From positions 64,001-128,000 of IMG/VR virus record IMGVR_UViG_3300023174_000064: DNA of 64,000 nt; one strand, 5' to 3'. How positions within the stretch are numbered: position 1 is the stretch's first letter; every line of letters begins with the position of its first letter. The translations under genes were made by a program, and so were the position numbers. This document shows, in pieces, positions 1-9,005 of the stretch. Below the pieces are notes generated by a model that saw only the letters and a program-made list of their open reading frames with translations, had not been told where the DNA came from and made no database searches. This DNA comes from a virus.

Positions 1-252
1 AATCATGTTACGTCGGCCAAGATCGGTATCGTCTATATCTGTTTCTAGTCCGTCTAGATCAAGCATCTCTTTGAAATGCATGATGGCGTATCTGCCGCGT
101 TTGTGAAGAATATGACAGCTTTGATATAGTTTTTTTTCTTTTTTGGATGACACTCCCATTCGGGTAAGAGTCTCCTTCACCTTGAGAAAATCGTCTTTAG
201 ATTTTAATTTGATTTCAACTCCAAGGCCATCAAAAATATCTTCGTTTTCCAT
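1..252 (-). CDS. regA: RegA translational repressor (3' end runs off window)
   Basis: Hand translation MENEDIFDGLGVEIKLKSKDDFLKVKETLTRMGVSSKKEKKLYQSCHILHKRGRYAIMHFKE matches the RegA signature; lies downstream of gp62 as in T4. Confidence 0.95.
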   Translation of the reverse strand, partial: MENEDIFDGLGVEIKLKSKDDFLKVKETLTRMGVSSKKEKKLYQSCHILHKRGRYAIMHFKEMLDLDGLETDIDDTDLGRRNMI

Positions 253-290
253 TATATTCCGCTTTCATTAAAAAATTCAGTAATACGGAA

Positions 291-686
291 TTATTTAGGA
301 TTTTTAGTATTTGTGCCGCCTTGATCTAAAATGGAAAAAATTTCATCCCAATCTTCTTGTTTGATCAGGTCTACTACTTGCTTTGCTTTGGTGTGAGAAT
401 ACCCGTATAAGGTCTTTAAAGCGTCTATACGGTCATTAGACTCGTCCTTGATCCACTTGCTGAACCTCTTACGGGGTCGAACCGATATACGCAGAAAGTC
501 AAACTGCATCTTCTTGTCTAGGCCAGACAAACGATTCATCTCATTGGATAAAAAGATGGTGTCTGAGAAGTAAGAAAGACCCCGGTTGGTAAGAAATGGA
601 ATATATTCTCGTTCGCAACCGGGATCTTCATCCATCAAAGAAACCTTGGTTTGATTTATGGAATTTAAAAAGTCAAACGGTTTCAT
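291..686 (-). CDS. gp62: Clamp loader small subunit
   Basis: PFDFLNSIN...YIPFLTNRGLSYFSDTI...RPRKRFSKW motifs; start taken at the ATG overlapping the upstream TAA (TAATG). Confidence 0.92.
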   Translation of the reverse strand: MKPFDFLNSINQTKVSLMDEDPGCEREYIPFLTNRGLSYFSDTIFLSNEMNRLSGLDKKMQFDFLRISVRPRKRFSKWIKDESNDRIDALKTLYGYSHTKAKQVVDLIKQEDWDEIFSILDQGGTNTKNPK

Positions 687-1246
687 TAGCTCTTTCTTGC
701 TGCCCAAGACAATTCACCAAATCCAACAATTTCATTAGGCTTGTTTTGAAAAAATTCATTTACTGCCTGAACAACACCCGGCCAACCAGCCGAATAATCA
801 TGGCCACAAAAGTATCCTCCAGATTTAACTTTTGGATACCAAAGTTCTAGATCTTTTTTAACCGCCTCATATTCATGTGCAGCATCAATAAAAATACCAT
901 CTATGCTGTTATCTTCAAATGTCTTAGAGGCTTCTTCTGATGTCATTTGAAGTGGTTTAAATTTACCAGCAACAGGTGCCATGTTTGTGATAAACTCTTG
1001 AAATAACGTGTCATCAATTATTGACTTTTCGTCTTTATGCTCTTCACTTCCTTTCCAAGTATCTACAGCATAAATATTTAAATTTTTATTGTACTTGATT
1101 GCTTCTACTATAAAGTAAGCCAGACTTTTTCCCTTCCAAACTCCTACCTCAACAAACGTTCCGTTTTCAGGAAGAATTTGAGCTAATTCCGAATATAAAA
1201 CAGGGAAAGTAAACCAACCTTCTAATTTTTCGTAAAAATGTTCCAT
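686..1246 (-). CDS. Class I SAM-dependent methyltransferase (Methyltransf_24-like)
   Basis: FVEVGVWKGKS, AVDTW, IFIDAAHEYEAVKKD, GGYFCGHDY motifs. Confidence 0.88.
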   Translation of the reverse strand: MEHFYEKLEGWFTFPVLYSELAQILPENGTFVEVGVWKGKSLAYFIVEAIKYNKNLNIYAVDTWKGSEEHKDEKSIIDDTLFQEFITNMAPVAGKFKPLQMTSEEASKTFEDNSIDGIFIDAAHEYEAVKKDLELWYPKVKSGGYFCGHDYSAGWPGVVQAVNEFFQNKPNEIVGFGELSWAARKS

Positions 1247-1251
1247 TATAT

Positions 1252-2211
1252 TTAATCCTTAAAACTACAATTCATCATAAGTTCCACCATAAACGCACAC
1301 AGATTAATCTCTTGATCTGCCACAAACGCTGTCTTGTACTGATATTCACCAATAATAACCACCGCTTGAGGGATGCTGGCAGGTTCTAGGAATTCGTATA
1401 AACCATCGTAGACCTTTCTAAAGATGTCTTGAGGGCTGTTGTCTAGGTTGTTGGCTATCCACTTACGGATCTCTGTAAAGTTCTTGGTCTTCAAGAACCC
1501 CATGAGTTCCTTGACATTCAGTTCTCCAGCAGTACTAAGAATACCAATATCAATAGTACCAGCAGCAGAGTAACGCTGTAGTTCATTTAGAGTTCGTCTA
1601 AAATCTGGAAAATACTTGACTACAACCTTGGATAGCACCATGTTGTCGTATTCAATACCTTCTTCTTCCAAAATACCTTGACAGCGTTCCAGGAACTGTT
1701 TAGCTAGTTCTGGACGTTCCTTGGTTGGGAAATTAAAGTCAATAACCGTACAACGAGAATGAATTGGTTCAATAATCCGATTCTTGTAGTTACAGGTCAG
1801 AATAAAGCGACAAGTCTTGGCAAACTCCTCAATGGCTCCACGAAGGGCTGGCTGGATACTTTGAGCGTTCGAGTAATCAAACTCGTCTAGGATCACGATC
1901 TTTTGCTTGGCGTCTTCAGACAAAGAAACCGTGCTGGCAAACTGCCTGATCTTGGTTCGCAGAGTATCAATGTTACCGTCTTCTGAACAGTTGATCAGGA
2001 TATAGTCTGCACCCAATTGAGTACAGAGAGCACGAGCAACCGTAGTCTTACCCATACCTGGCTTGCCTGCCAACAGTAGATTAGGACATTCCCCCGATTC
2101 AATAATACTATTAAAAGTATCCTTTAAACTCTTGGGTAGAACACAATCATCGATGATTGCTGGACGATACTTTTCTACCAGCAGACCAACCGCATTGTTT
2201 GATGTTAGCAT
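1252..2211 (-). CDS. gp44: Clamp loader large subunit (AAA+)
   Basis: EKYRP, Walker A GKPGMGKTT, Walker B ILDEFD, IHSRC; start moved to the ATG just after the gp45 stop. Confidence 0.96.
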   Translation of the reverse strand: MLTSNNAVGLLVEKYRPAIIDDCVLPKSLKDTFNSIIESGECPNLLLAGKPGMGKTTVARALCTQLGADYILINCSEDGNIDTLRTKIRQFASTVSLSEDAKQKIVILDEFDYSNAQSIQPALRGAIEEFAKTCRFILTCNYKNRIIEPIHSRCTVIDFNFPTKERPELAKQFLERCQGILEEEGIEYDNMVLSKVVVKYFPDFRRTLNELQRYSAAGTIDIGILSTAGELNVKELMGFLKTKNFTEIRKWIANNLDNSPQDIFRKVYDGLYEFLEPASIPQAVVIIGEYQYKTAFVADQEINLCAFMVELMMNCSFKD

Positions 2212-2212
2212 T

Positions 2213-2899
2213 TTATTCCTTGTAAGTGCTGGTTGCATCCATAGCAACCCAGTAAGTTAGAGGACGACTGGCATGAGTAAACTGGCCAATAACATTCTTG
2301 GACAGGGCTACATGATAATCGCCGTCAAACATCTTCATATTCTCTAACTTGAAGTTGAATGAGAAGTCTGCTTGATCCTTATTGTCTCCAACACGGATAG
2401 AGAACACGTTGCAAGTTGGATCCTTAAGATCCTTAACCACCGCAAGCACGGCATCATCATCAGATACGAAGCACAGATCTGGATTTTGTAGAACTGCACC
2501 TGCACGAGACAGTTCGCGGAAATCGTCACTGGTCAGATCAAACTCAACCACCGCATCAATTTTCTTGATACTCTTGGTTGGATAAGACAGCAGCTTGGGG
2601 TCTGAATAGAAGTACTTAACCTTGGAACCACTTGCTCCGGTAATGGTCATGTACTTGTCGTCAAAGATAAACTCTGGATCTTGGAACAGGGAAATCACAC
2701 CCAGTAGCTTGTTAAGATCCCAGATACCAAACTCAGTATCAAAAGACTCCTCAACCTCGACTTCCGCCATGATATTCTTGGTGGGAGACATAGTTGTGAT
2801 CTTTGATCCAGCCTTTACGTACAGATTAGAGTTAATACCACTGAAATTCTTAAGAATGTTCAGGGTGTCCTTAGAAATTGTTGTTGTCGCTTTTGTCAT
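2213..2899 (-). CDS. gp45: Sliding clamp
   Basis: TLNILKNFSGINSNL, FGIWDLNKLL motifs; synteny. Confidence 0.95.
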   Translation of the reverse strand: MTKATTTISKDTLNILKNFSGINSNLYVKAGSKITTMSPTKNIMAEVEVEESFDTEFGIWDLNKLLGVISLFQDPEFIFDDKYMTITGASGSKVKYFYSDPKLLSYPTKSIKKIDAVVEFDLTSDDFRELSRAGAVLQNPDLCFVSDDDAVLAVVKDLKDPTCNVFSIRVGDNKDQADFSFNFKLENMKMFDGDYHVALSKNVIGQFTHASRPLTYWVAMDATSTYKE

Positions 2900-2914
2900 A
2901 ATATAAAGTTCCTT

Positions 2915-3097
2915 TTATCGTTCAAATCGTTCAAAATTTTCAAAGTCACCATCATCGGATGAGTGACCGTGCTTTAAATCGTTCAGCCATTGTTGTTGGT
3001 CTGGCTTGCGTGGACGCTTCTTTCGCTTTTGCTTTCGTTCCTTTTGTTCACGCTTCCAACGCTCGTATTCAGATTCAGGTTCAGGAGTATACATCAA
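2915..3097 (-). CDS. Small basic hypothetical protein
   Basis: ORF coupled to the rnh stop (ATGA overlap). Confidence 0.6.
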   Translation of the reverse strand: MMYTPEPESEYERWKREQKERKQKRKKRPRKPDQQQWLNDLKHGHSSDDGDFENFERFER

Positions 3098-3930
3098 AAT
3101 TCCTCTAGATGTGGCATAAGAGTCTTAAGTTTATGGTTCATAAAATATTGGAGCAGTTTTTCTCTGCCCTTTCCTTGTTGTGATCCATACGTTTCTAGGA
3201 TCTTGTCTTGAAGATCTTGTGGAATGTTATTCATGTCAATAAGAGTACTGTTCCTGATGTATTTAGGATCTTCAAAAAATGAAGAGTTCTCAGAATCTTT
3301 CTTTAGTTGATCAATTCGCTTCTGTGTCATTCGGACCTGTCGCTTACCGTCCGTAACAAAAGTATCATCGTCACTAAGCATATTAGGCACACCATCACTT
3401 GAATCACCTCCAATAACATGTTCAAAAAGAACCCCACGAGGATCTTCACACTTTAAAAATTCCTTGGTGGTTGGACTGTACTGTTGTACATTTGGAAAAA
3501 TTTGCAGTTGCTGAAAGTCCTTATCATTAGAAATAATAAGAATATTTTCAGACTGGCAGTACGTCTTGGTCAGTACGTAAATAATATCGTCTGCTTCTGC
3601 TCCCTGTAGACGAATACTGGGATACGGAAACACTTCTGCTACTTCGTTACGAATCTTGTCCAGCACGGCAAAAGCAGCCTTCCATTCGTCCTTCTTGGCT
3701 TCCTGTTGCTTACGGCGATTTTGCTTGTAGTACGGAAAGTACTTGCGTCGCCAGTAGTCAGTACCGTCACTGCAAATAACCAATTCTCCGTACTTACGAA
3801 AATCGGTTCGGTACTTGCGGTACGTATTTAACACGGTGTGACGAATATAATCCTCATTAAGAGGTTCGCCATCCTTAGAAGCCTGAAAAATATTGGCCAA
3901 GATAATTTGATTGTTGTCAATAAGTAACAT
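3094..3930 (-). CDS. rnh: T4-type RNase H / 5'-3' exonuclease
   Basis: MLLID, YWRRKYFPYYKQNR, EADDII, SNDKDFQQL, GDSSDGVPN. Confidence 0.95.
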   Translation of the reverse strand: MLLIDNNQIILANIFQASKDGEPLNEDYIRHTVLNTYRKYRTDFRKYGELVICSDGTDYWRRKYFPYYKQNRRKQQEAKKDEWKAAFAVLDKIRNEVAEVFPYPSIRLQGAEADDIIYVLTKTYCQSENILIISNDKDFQQLQIFPNVQQYSPTTKEFLKCEDPRGVLFEHVIGGDSSDGVPNMLSDDDTFVTDGKRQVRMTQKRIDQLKKDSENSSFFEDPKYIRNSTLIDMNNIPQDLQDKILETYGSQQGKGREKLLQYFMNHKLKTLMPHLEEF

Positions 3931-3936
3931 GTTATG

Positions 3937-3964
3937 AGTATATCACGCCTTTTTAAAAAGTCAA
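3937..3964 (-). promoter_or_regulatory. Sigma70-like promoter TTGACT-16-TATACT for rnh
   Basis: Hexamers read directly; -10 ends 6 nt before the ATG. Confidence 0.7.
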
Positions 3965-3971
3965 AACATTA

Positions 3972-4703
3972 TCAGTCATTTAGAATATCTTTGAAATTTT
4001 CCAAAGCAGTGATGATTGTTTTAATTTTGCGCTTACCAAGGAACGAAAACGCTTCCTTTAAATCCGGATCTCCCTTATACGCCTGCTTGAGTTCCTTGAT
4101 ATACGGATCCAAATTCTTTGCCAGCTTCTTAAAATGCACGTGCTTAATGCCTTGTAGAACCAGCCAGTCAGCATGATCCACGTTCTTAAGTTCATCAGAT
4201 TCAGCAAGTTCAAACAGTTCATCAATTCGACTTTCCAAAACAGACATGTACTCCTTTGTCTTGTTTTGAATACGTTCTTGAACATTGACCTTTTCTTTAT
4301 CGGTATTATCTACTTCTGGTCTGGTCTGGCCCAGCATAATAATATCTTTAACCTTGGATCGTATCATTTCAATAGTACGAGGATCCAACTTGGCCCCAAG
4401 AGTCATAATACGACAACGACTGCCAATCTGAATAAACTCTAAAGCGTTGATATTACATGCCATAGCATACTTGATATCTTTCTTAGAGTATTCGTTCTTC
4501 ATCATCCAGTCAATTGTCCAAGGTTTACACAGTGTATCCTCACATGAATAACTGTACCAGTTAAGGGCCTTCAATACTCGGGAATCGTGTTCTTCCGGAG
4601 TCAGTTTATCTGCGTCCTTCCATATGGGTTCATCACCCATAATTAAAGAATCAACAGAATCACCACGACCAATACGACGAGTTTTCTTCTTTTTCTTTTT
4701 CAT
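3972..4703 (-). CDS. Conserved hypothetical protein of T4-like phages
   Basis: 243-aa ORF; ALNWYSY and LKEAFSFL-type motifs; tight operon packing. Confidence 0.75.
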   Translation of the reverse strand: MKKKKKKTRRIGRGDSVDSLIMGDEPIWKDADKLTPEEHDSRVLKALNWYSYSCEDTLCKPWTIDWMMKNEYSKKDIKYAMACNINALEFIQIGSRCRIMTLGAKLDPRTIEMIRSKVKDIIMLGQTRPEVDNTDKEKVNVQERIQNKTKEYMSVLESRIDELFELAESDELKNVDHADWLVLQGIKHVHFKKLAKNLDPYIKELKQAYKGDPDLKEAFSFLGKRKIKTIITALENFKDILND

Positions 4704-4891
4704 CTGTATCCGTATTTTTTAAGTTCTTTTTTGTACCACTCAAAAAATTCTGTTTTTTCTTTTTTCTTTTTATTTTCTTCTTTTTTTATTCTGGCTTCCC
4801 ATAACTTGGGATTTTTAAGATAAGCATCAGGGACTCTAAATTTATGTGGAGATCCTTGATACGGTATTTTTCGTTTATCTTCTTTTCTCAT
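4700..4891 (-). CDS. Small basic hypothetical protein
   Basis: ATGA overlaps on both sides. Confidence 0.6.
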   Translation of the reverse strand: MRKEDKRKIPYQGSPHKFRVPDAYLKNPKLWEARIKKEENKKKKEKTEFFEWYKKELKKYGYR

Positions 4892-6612
4892 ACAATACGA
4901 CTAAAGTTCTTTTTCTTATCGAATTGAACCACGTTATTAAATCTATCTAGCAGTTGGTCCGTTTTATGGCTGATCACATAAACGTTTGCTTTGGACCCAA
5001 AACTAGATAGCAGTTTCATCAGCTCATCCACTCCACCACTGTCTAAACTGGAATCAAATACTTCATCCAGAATAAGCAGATTAGTATTGACACTGTTCTT
5101 CAACTTTGCGATCTCTCGCCATGTCAGAAGCAGTGCCAGATCGATCCTCATTTTTTCGCCTTCGCTAAACGACTCGTAACAAAACTCGTCACGATGGCGA
5201 CTCTTAATGACTTCGTTAAACTCCTCATCCAAATGAAAGTTTGCGTAGAAGTCCATACTGTTTAAATACTTGTTCACGTACTTGTTAATTAACGGAATAT
5301 AGTATTTTACAATCTTTGCTTTAATACCACTGTCCTTGAACAGGAATACCAGTTTATCATAAGAACGAAGTGTGTCAAGAGCTTTTTGTTTCTTTTTTAG
5401 TAATTCGCTTTGTTTGGTTAAAAGTTCAGACAGTTTATCTTGATTTTCTTGAATCTTAGATTGAGTATCAGCAGTTTCCACAACAGCCAACATCTCTTCG
5501 TCCAATCTTTGATTTAATTTAACCAAAGACTCTACAGTTTGTTCTTTTGAAGACGATTTAATGATTAGATCGTTTAATTTATTCTGAACACTTATCATCT
5601 TGTTCAGATTATTTTTGGACATATTGATTGCTTCTTTTATTCGATTCAGGCTATTCTTGTGTTCTTCAACCTTTTCTGTCTTCTCAGCAATCACATGTTC
5701 TTTATGCTCTTTGCTGATTGTCTGCTTACAGGTTGGGCAGCTTTGACTCTTTTCAAAGAACTTGATGTCTTCTTGTACACCTTCGAGAGTACTTTCCAAT
5801 TTGAACAACACAATCTGCTGTTTCTTGAGTTCAGCATTTATTTGATCTCCTGGTTCTAATTCGGTTTCCAGGGTCTTCATTGCGCTTTGAAGTTGTTTAA
5901 TTTCTTTTGAAATACTCTTTATAGTTTCTGTATTTTCTTCCAAAGTGCGTTTGCGATCTGCAACACGATCTGAAGTATTCTTTTGATAAGATTCTAAGAT
6001 CTCTTTGGTGGCAGACACCTTTTCATTTACAAGCACTAGTTCAGACTCAATAGCCTGCATTACTCCTTTGGCAGTACCAATCTTGGTCTTTAGTACGCCA
6101 TTCATTTCAGAGAAGATACCAATATCCAAAATGTTCTCAATGACTTGACGACGATCAGCAGGAGTTAACTGCATGAACGGAATAAATGAAGACGAACCAA
6201 GAACCACAACCTGAGAGAACGTTTTATGGTTCATACTTACAATCTGTTCTTCCAAGATGTTTTGGTAATCTTTACTCTTGGCGTCTTCGTTTAAAAGCTC
6301 ACCGTCTTTGAATATCTTAAACATCTTTGGAGCAAGACCACGAACAATCTTATATTCTGTCTTTCCAACAGTGAATTCCAGTTCAACAACACAATTCTTT
6401 TTATTGATACTATTGACCAATTGTGGAATATTCATGTTTCGGAATGGCTTTCCGAACAACGCAAAAGAAATAGAATCAAGAAATGCAAACGATTTGCCGT
6501 TGCCGTTTGAACCACACACCAAAGTGGTTGCGTTCTTGCCTAGTTCTATTTCAGTAAATGTATTACCAAAAGAACCAAAATTCTTAAAACGAACAGTCTT
6601 AAAATTAATCAA
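4888..6612 (-). CDS. gp46: Recombination nuclease ATPase subunit (Rad50/SbcC-like)
   Basis: GSNGNGKS, CPTC zinc hook, FSEGEKMRIDLA, LILDEVFD. Confidence 0.97.
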   Translation of the reverse strand: MINFKTVRFKNFGSFGNTFTEIELGKNATTLVCGSNGNGKSFAFLDSISFALFGKPFRNMNIPQLVNSINKKNCVVELEFTVGKTEYKIVRGLAPKMFKIFKDGELLNEDAKSKDYQNILEEQIVSMNHKTFSQVVVLGSSSFIPFMQLTPADRRQVIENILDIGIFSEMNGVLKTKIGTAKGVMQAIESELVLVNEKVSATKEILESYQKNTSDRVADRKRTLEENTETIKSISKEIKQLQSAMKTLETELEPGDQINAELKKQQIVLFKLESTLEGVQEDIKFFEKSQSCPTCKQTISKEHKEHVIAEKTEKVEEHKNSLNRIKEAINMSKNNLNKMISVQNKLNDLIIKSSSKEQTVESLVKLNQRLDEEMLAVVETADTQSKIQENQDKLSELLTKQSELLKKKQKALDTLRSYDKLVFLFKDSGIKAKIVKYYIPLINKYVNKYLNSMDFYANFHLDEEFNEVIKSRHRDEFCYESFSEGEKMRIDLALLLTWREIAKLKNSVNTNLLILDEVFDSSLDSGGVDELMKLLSSFGSKANVYVISHKTDQLLDRFNNVVQFDKKKNFSRIV

Positions 6613-7646
6613 TCTAGACTCTCCATATAAAGTTCACGAACAATATTCTTCAGTTCTTCTTTGTTTTCTGCTTCCATACTGTCAATCTCTTTATTGATTA
6701 AGCTTAGTGTGTCTTCAGAAATATTCACTTCACCTTCTTCACGAACACGATCACTTAGATCTTCAATGATACTAACACTGGCAGGTTCTGCTGCGTAAAG
6801 ACTGTCCAAGAACTGATCAAACTTGGTTTCACTTTTCTTTTCGTACACCAAAACCTTGACGTAAGTTCCCTTATATCGTGCAGGATCAAATCCTTCAATC
6901 AGTGTACCGTTTCTCCACTCCACATTATGAAACATCTTCATTGGGTTTTGAATAAATTGCAGTTCTCGGGTTTCTGTATCTAGGACATGAAATCCCTTTA
7001 CTTCATTGGTATCAATACTAGTCATCTGGTATTGAGTACCAAGATAATGAACATTACCTTTAGAACTCTTGCTGTGAAAATGACCGGACAGCACCATATC
7101 AAATTTTTCTAAGAACTTGTCACTCATGCCTTCATTAAACTTTATTCCGGGCATAACTTCATAACCACTTAATTCTAAATGGCCTGCCAGAATAGTTGCT
7201 TTACTGTCCTTGATTGTTTTCAAAAACTGTTCTTTGTTTTCTTCATTCAACCAAGGAACCATTAGTATGGTTGCACCGTTGAAACACACTTCTGTTGGTT
7301 CTTCGTATAGATGAAATGAAGAGTGGCATTCTCCCAGCACTTCTTTAGGAGAATTTAAACGATTAGTATTCTTATAGAATACATCGTGATTACCAAGAAT
7401 ACAGTGTAGTTCCACACCATTAGTTTCAAACCAGTTAACGAATCGCTTCTTGGTGTGATGTAGTGTGTTAAAGTTAATAAACTTTCTACGATCAAATAAA
7501 TCACCAAGATGAAGTACTTTAGTGATACCGTGTTCTTTCAGATAAGGAAAGAACTGTTCCTCAAAGAACTTTAAAAAGTGATTCAAGAAAAGGGGAGAGT
7601 CTCCTCTGGCCCCAAAGTGTGTATCACCAATAACTGCAATTTTCAT
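6609..7646 (-). CDS. gp47: Recombination nuclease subunit (Mre11/SbcD-like)
   Basis: DTHFG, LGDLFDRRK, GNHD, SGHFH. Confidence 0.97.
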   Translation of the reverse strand: MKIAVIGDTHFGARGDSPLFLNHFLKFFEEQFFPYLKEHGITKVLHLGDLFDRRKFINFNTLHHTKKRFVNWFETNGVELHCILGNHDVFYKNTNRLNSPKEVLGECHSSFHLYEEPTEVCFNGATILMVPWLNEENKEQFLKTIKDSKATILAGHLELSGYEVMPGIKFNEGMSDKFLEKFDMVLSGHFHSKSSKGNVHYLGTQYQMTSIDTNEVKGFHVLDTETRELQFIQNPMKMFHNVEWRNGTLIEGFDPARYKGTYVKVLVYEKKSETKFDQFLDSLYAAEPASVSIIEDLSDRVREEGEVNISEDTLSLINKEIDSMEAENKEELKNIVRELYMESLD

Positions 7647-8248
7647 GATTTATTTTTACTACGCTTCTTGCGCTTCTTTGGTTCGTACTTTTCAATATCT
7701 CGTTCAGAAATATTAAAATGTTCGCTTAATGCTTCACGTTCGTTGGTTTTTTCAAAATAATTTTCTTTAAACCACTTGTGAAGTGTACCATCGTTTAGCT
7801 CTTCTGTCAACTTGAATTTTACATATCCTTGTTTCTTCTCTTTTTCTATACGACGCAAGAAAGCGTAATATATTATTTGAGTAAAATAAGAAAATGGATT
7901 TTTTGATTTGCGTGGATTGAAATTGTGAGCGTACATCAAACAATTTTCAATTCCGTCTCCAATCATTTCATCTTTATACGGATAATTGGCAAAATTAGAT
8001 TTTGAACATAATCGTTCGGCTATCTTTAAGAAGCACTCACCAATATAATTTGAAATTGGTGGACGCTCATCATCAGTATCTTCTGCTTCTCGTATCTCTT
8101 TTTTCCATTTGATCATTTCTGCTAAGAATTCTTTATTATCAACATAATGATCATTATTTAATTGTTTTTCTAATTTCTTTTCTATTGTTTTAGCCGTTTT
8201 ATCTGTTTTTATTTTTAATTTATCTTTTTTAGGTTTTCCACTTGACAT
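7643..8248 (-). CDS. gp55: Late transcription sigma factor
   Basis: HYVDNKEF, YIGECFLKIA, NPFSYFTQIIYYAFLRRI. Confidence 0.96.
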   Translation of the reverse strand: MSSGKPKKDKLKIKTDKTAKTIEKKLEKQLNNDHYVDNKEFLAEMIKWKKEIREAEDTDDERPPISNYIGECFLKIAERLCSKSNFANYPYKDEMIGDGIENCLMYAHNFNPRKSKNPFSYFTQIIYYAFLRRIEKEKKQGYVKFKLTEELNDGTLHKWFKENYFEKTNEREALSEHFNISERDIEKYEPKKRKKRSKNKS

Positions 8249-8270
8249 GCTATAAATTTCCTGATATAAT
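8242..8270 (+). promoter_or_regulatory. Perfect consensus sigma70 promoter (TTGACA-17-TATAAT), antisense to the surrounding operon
   Basis: ttgaca tgctataaatttcctga tataat; overlaps the gp55 start codon. Confidence 0.65.
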
Positions 8271-8297
8271 ATTTTGTCTGAGTTAATAAAGAACTAT

Positions 8298-9005
8298 TTA
8301 CTTATAGTCTTCCGAGTGGGGATCAGCATTCCAATCTGTCCACTCGTTTCCCAGATCCTTCTTATCTTTTTTATTCCCGGTATACTTGGTAGGATTCATA
8401 CCCTCACCATTGGTGCTGGTAATTTCATCAATCATATCACCAAGTTCTTTTCGATCAAGTATACCTGAGCGAAGAAGTTCAACGATAACTTCTGGTGAAA
8501 AGATCATGTTCATAAACACCATTTTATCATCAAATTTAGGTTTTGCAAGATCTTTTAAGTTGGTTTCTTCTTCTGGGATATTGGTTAGATCTTCCATCAT
8601 TTGTTCCAGTTTACGACGCATATTGTCTAATGCAATTTGATCGTCTAACTCATCTTTTACTGGGGGTGGAAGTTGTGGTGGTTTATTTAAATTAACAGCT
8701 TTTGGTTTTTTGCTGTACTTATCTTCTTTAAACTTTTCTGCTTCGTATAAACTGGTAACTTCTGGAGTTGGTTCTAGTATGGTATTAACCGAGTCTAAAG
8801 AAATGTTAGTTTTAACTTCTGAAGAAAGAATCAACCAATTCTTGAGCATAAAGATTTCTCGCATGCCTCCAAACAAATCTGGAGAAACCATAGTCTTGAA
8901 AACCATGGGTCGGTGAAGACGAAGTTTACCGTCTTTAGTTTTGCGAACATCTGCAATAATGTCTTCACCCGATTTCATTTTGAGTATCTTGTATGTTTTT
9001 CTCAT
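8298..9005 (-). CDS. Conserved hypothetical protein downstream of uvsW (N-terminal Sm-like beta domain)
   Basis: KILKMKSGEDIIA...LHRPM N-terminus; similar to 52719..53051. Confidence 0.75.
   Translation of the reverse strand: MRKTYKILKMKSGEDIIADVRKTKDGKLRLHRPMVFKTMVSPDLFGGMREIFMLKNWLILSSEVKTNISLDSVNTILEPTPEVTSLYEAEKFKEDKYSKKPKAVNLNKPPQLPPPVKDELDDQIALDNMRRKLEQMMEDLTNIPEEETNLKDLAKPKFDDKMVFMNMIFSPEVIVELLRSGILDRKELGDMIDEITSTNGEGMNPTKYTGNKKDKKDLGNEWTDWNADPHSEDYK

Noticed and set aside
8274-8468. Plus-strand 64-aa ORF as product of the antisense promoter
   Set aside because: The TTG start lies only 3 nt after the -10 box, upstream of the expected start site, and it overlaps a real minus-strand gene
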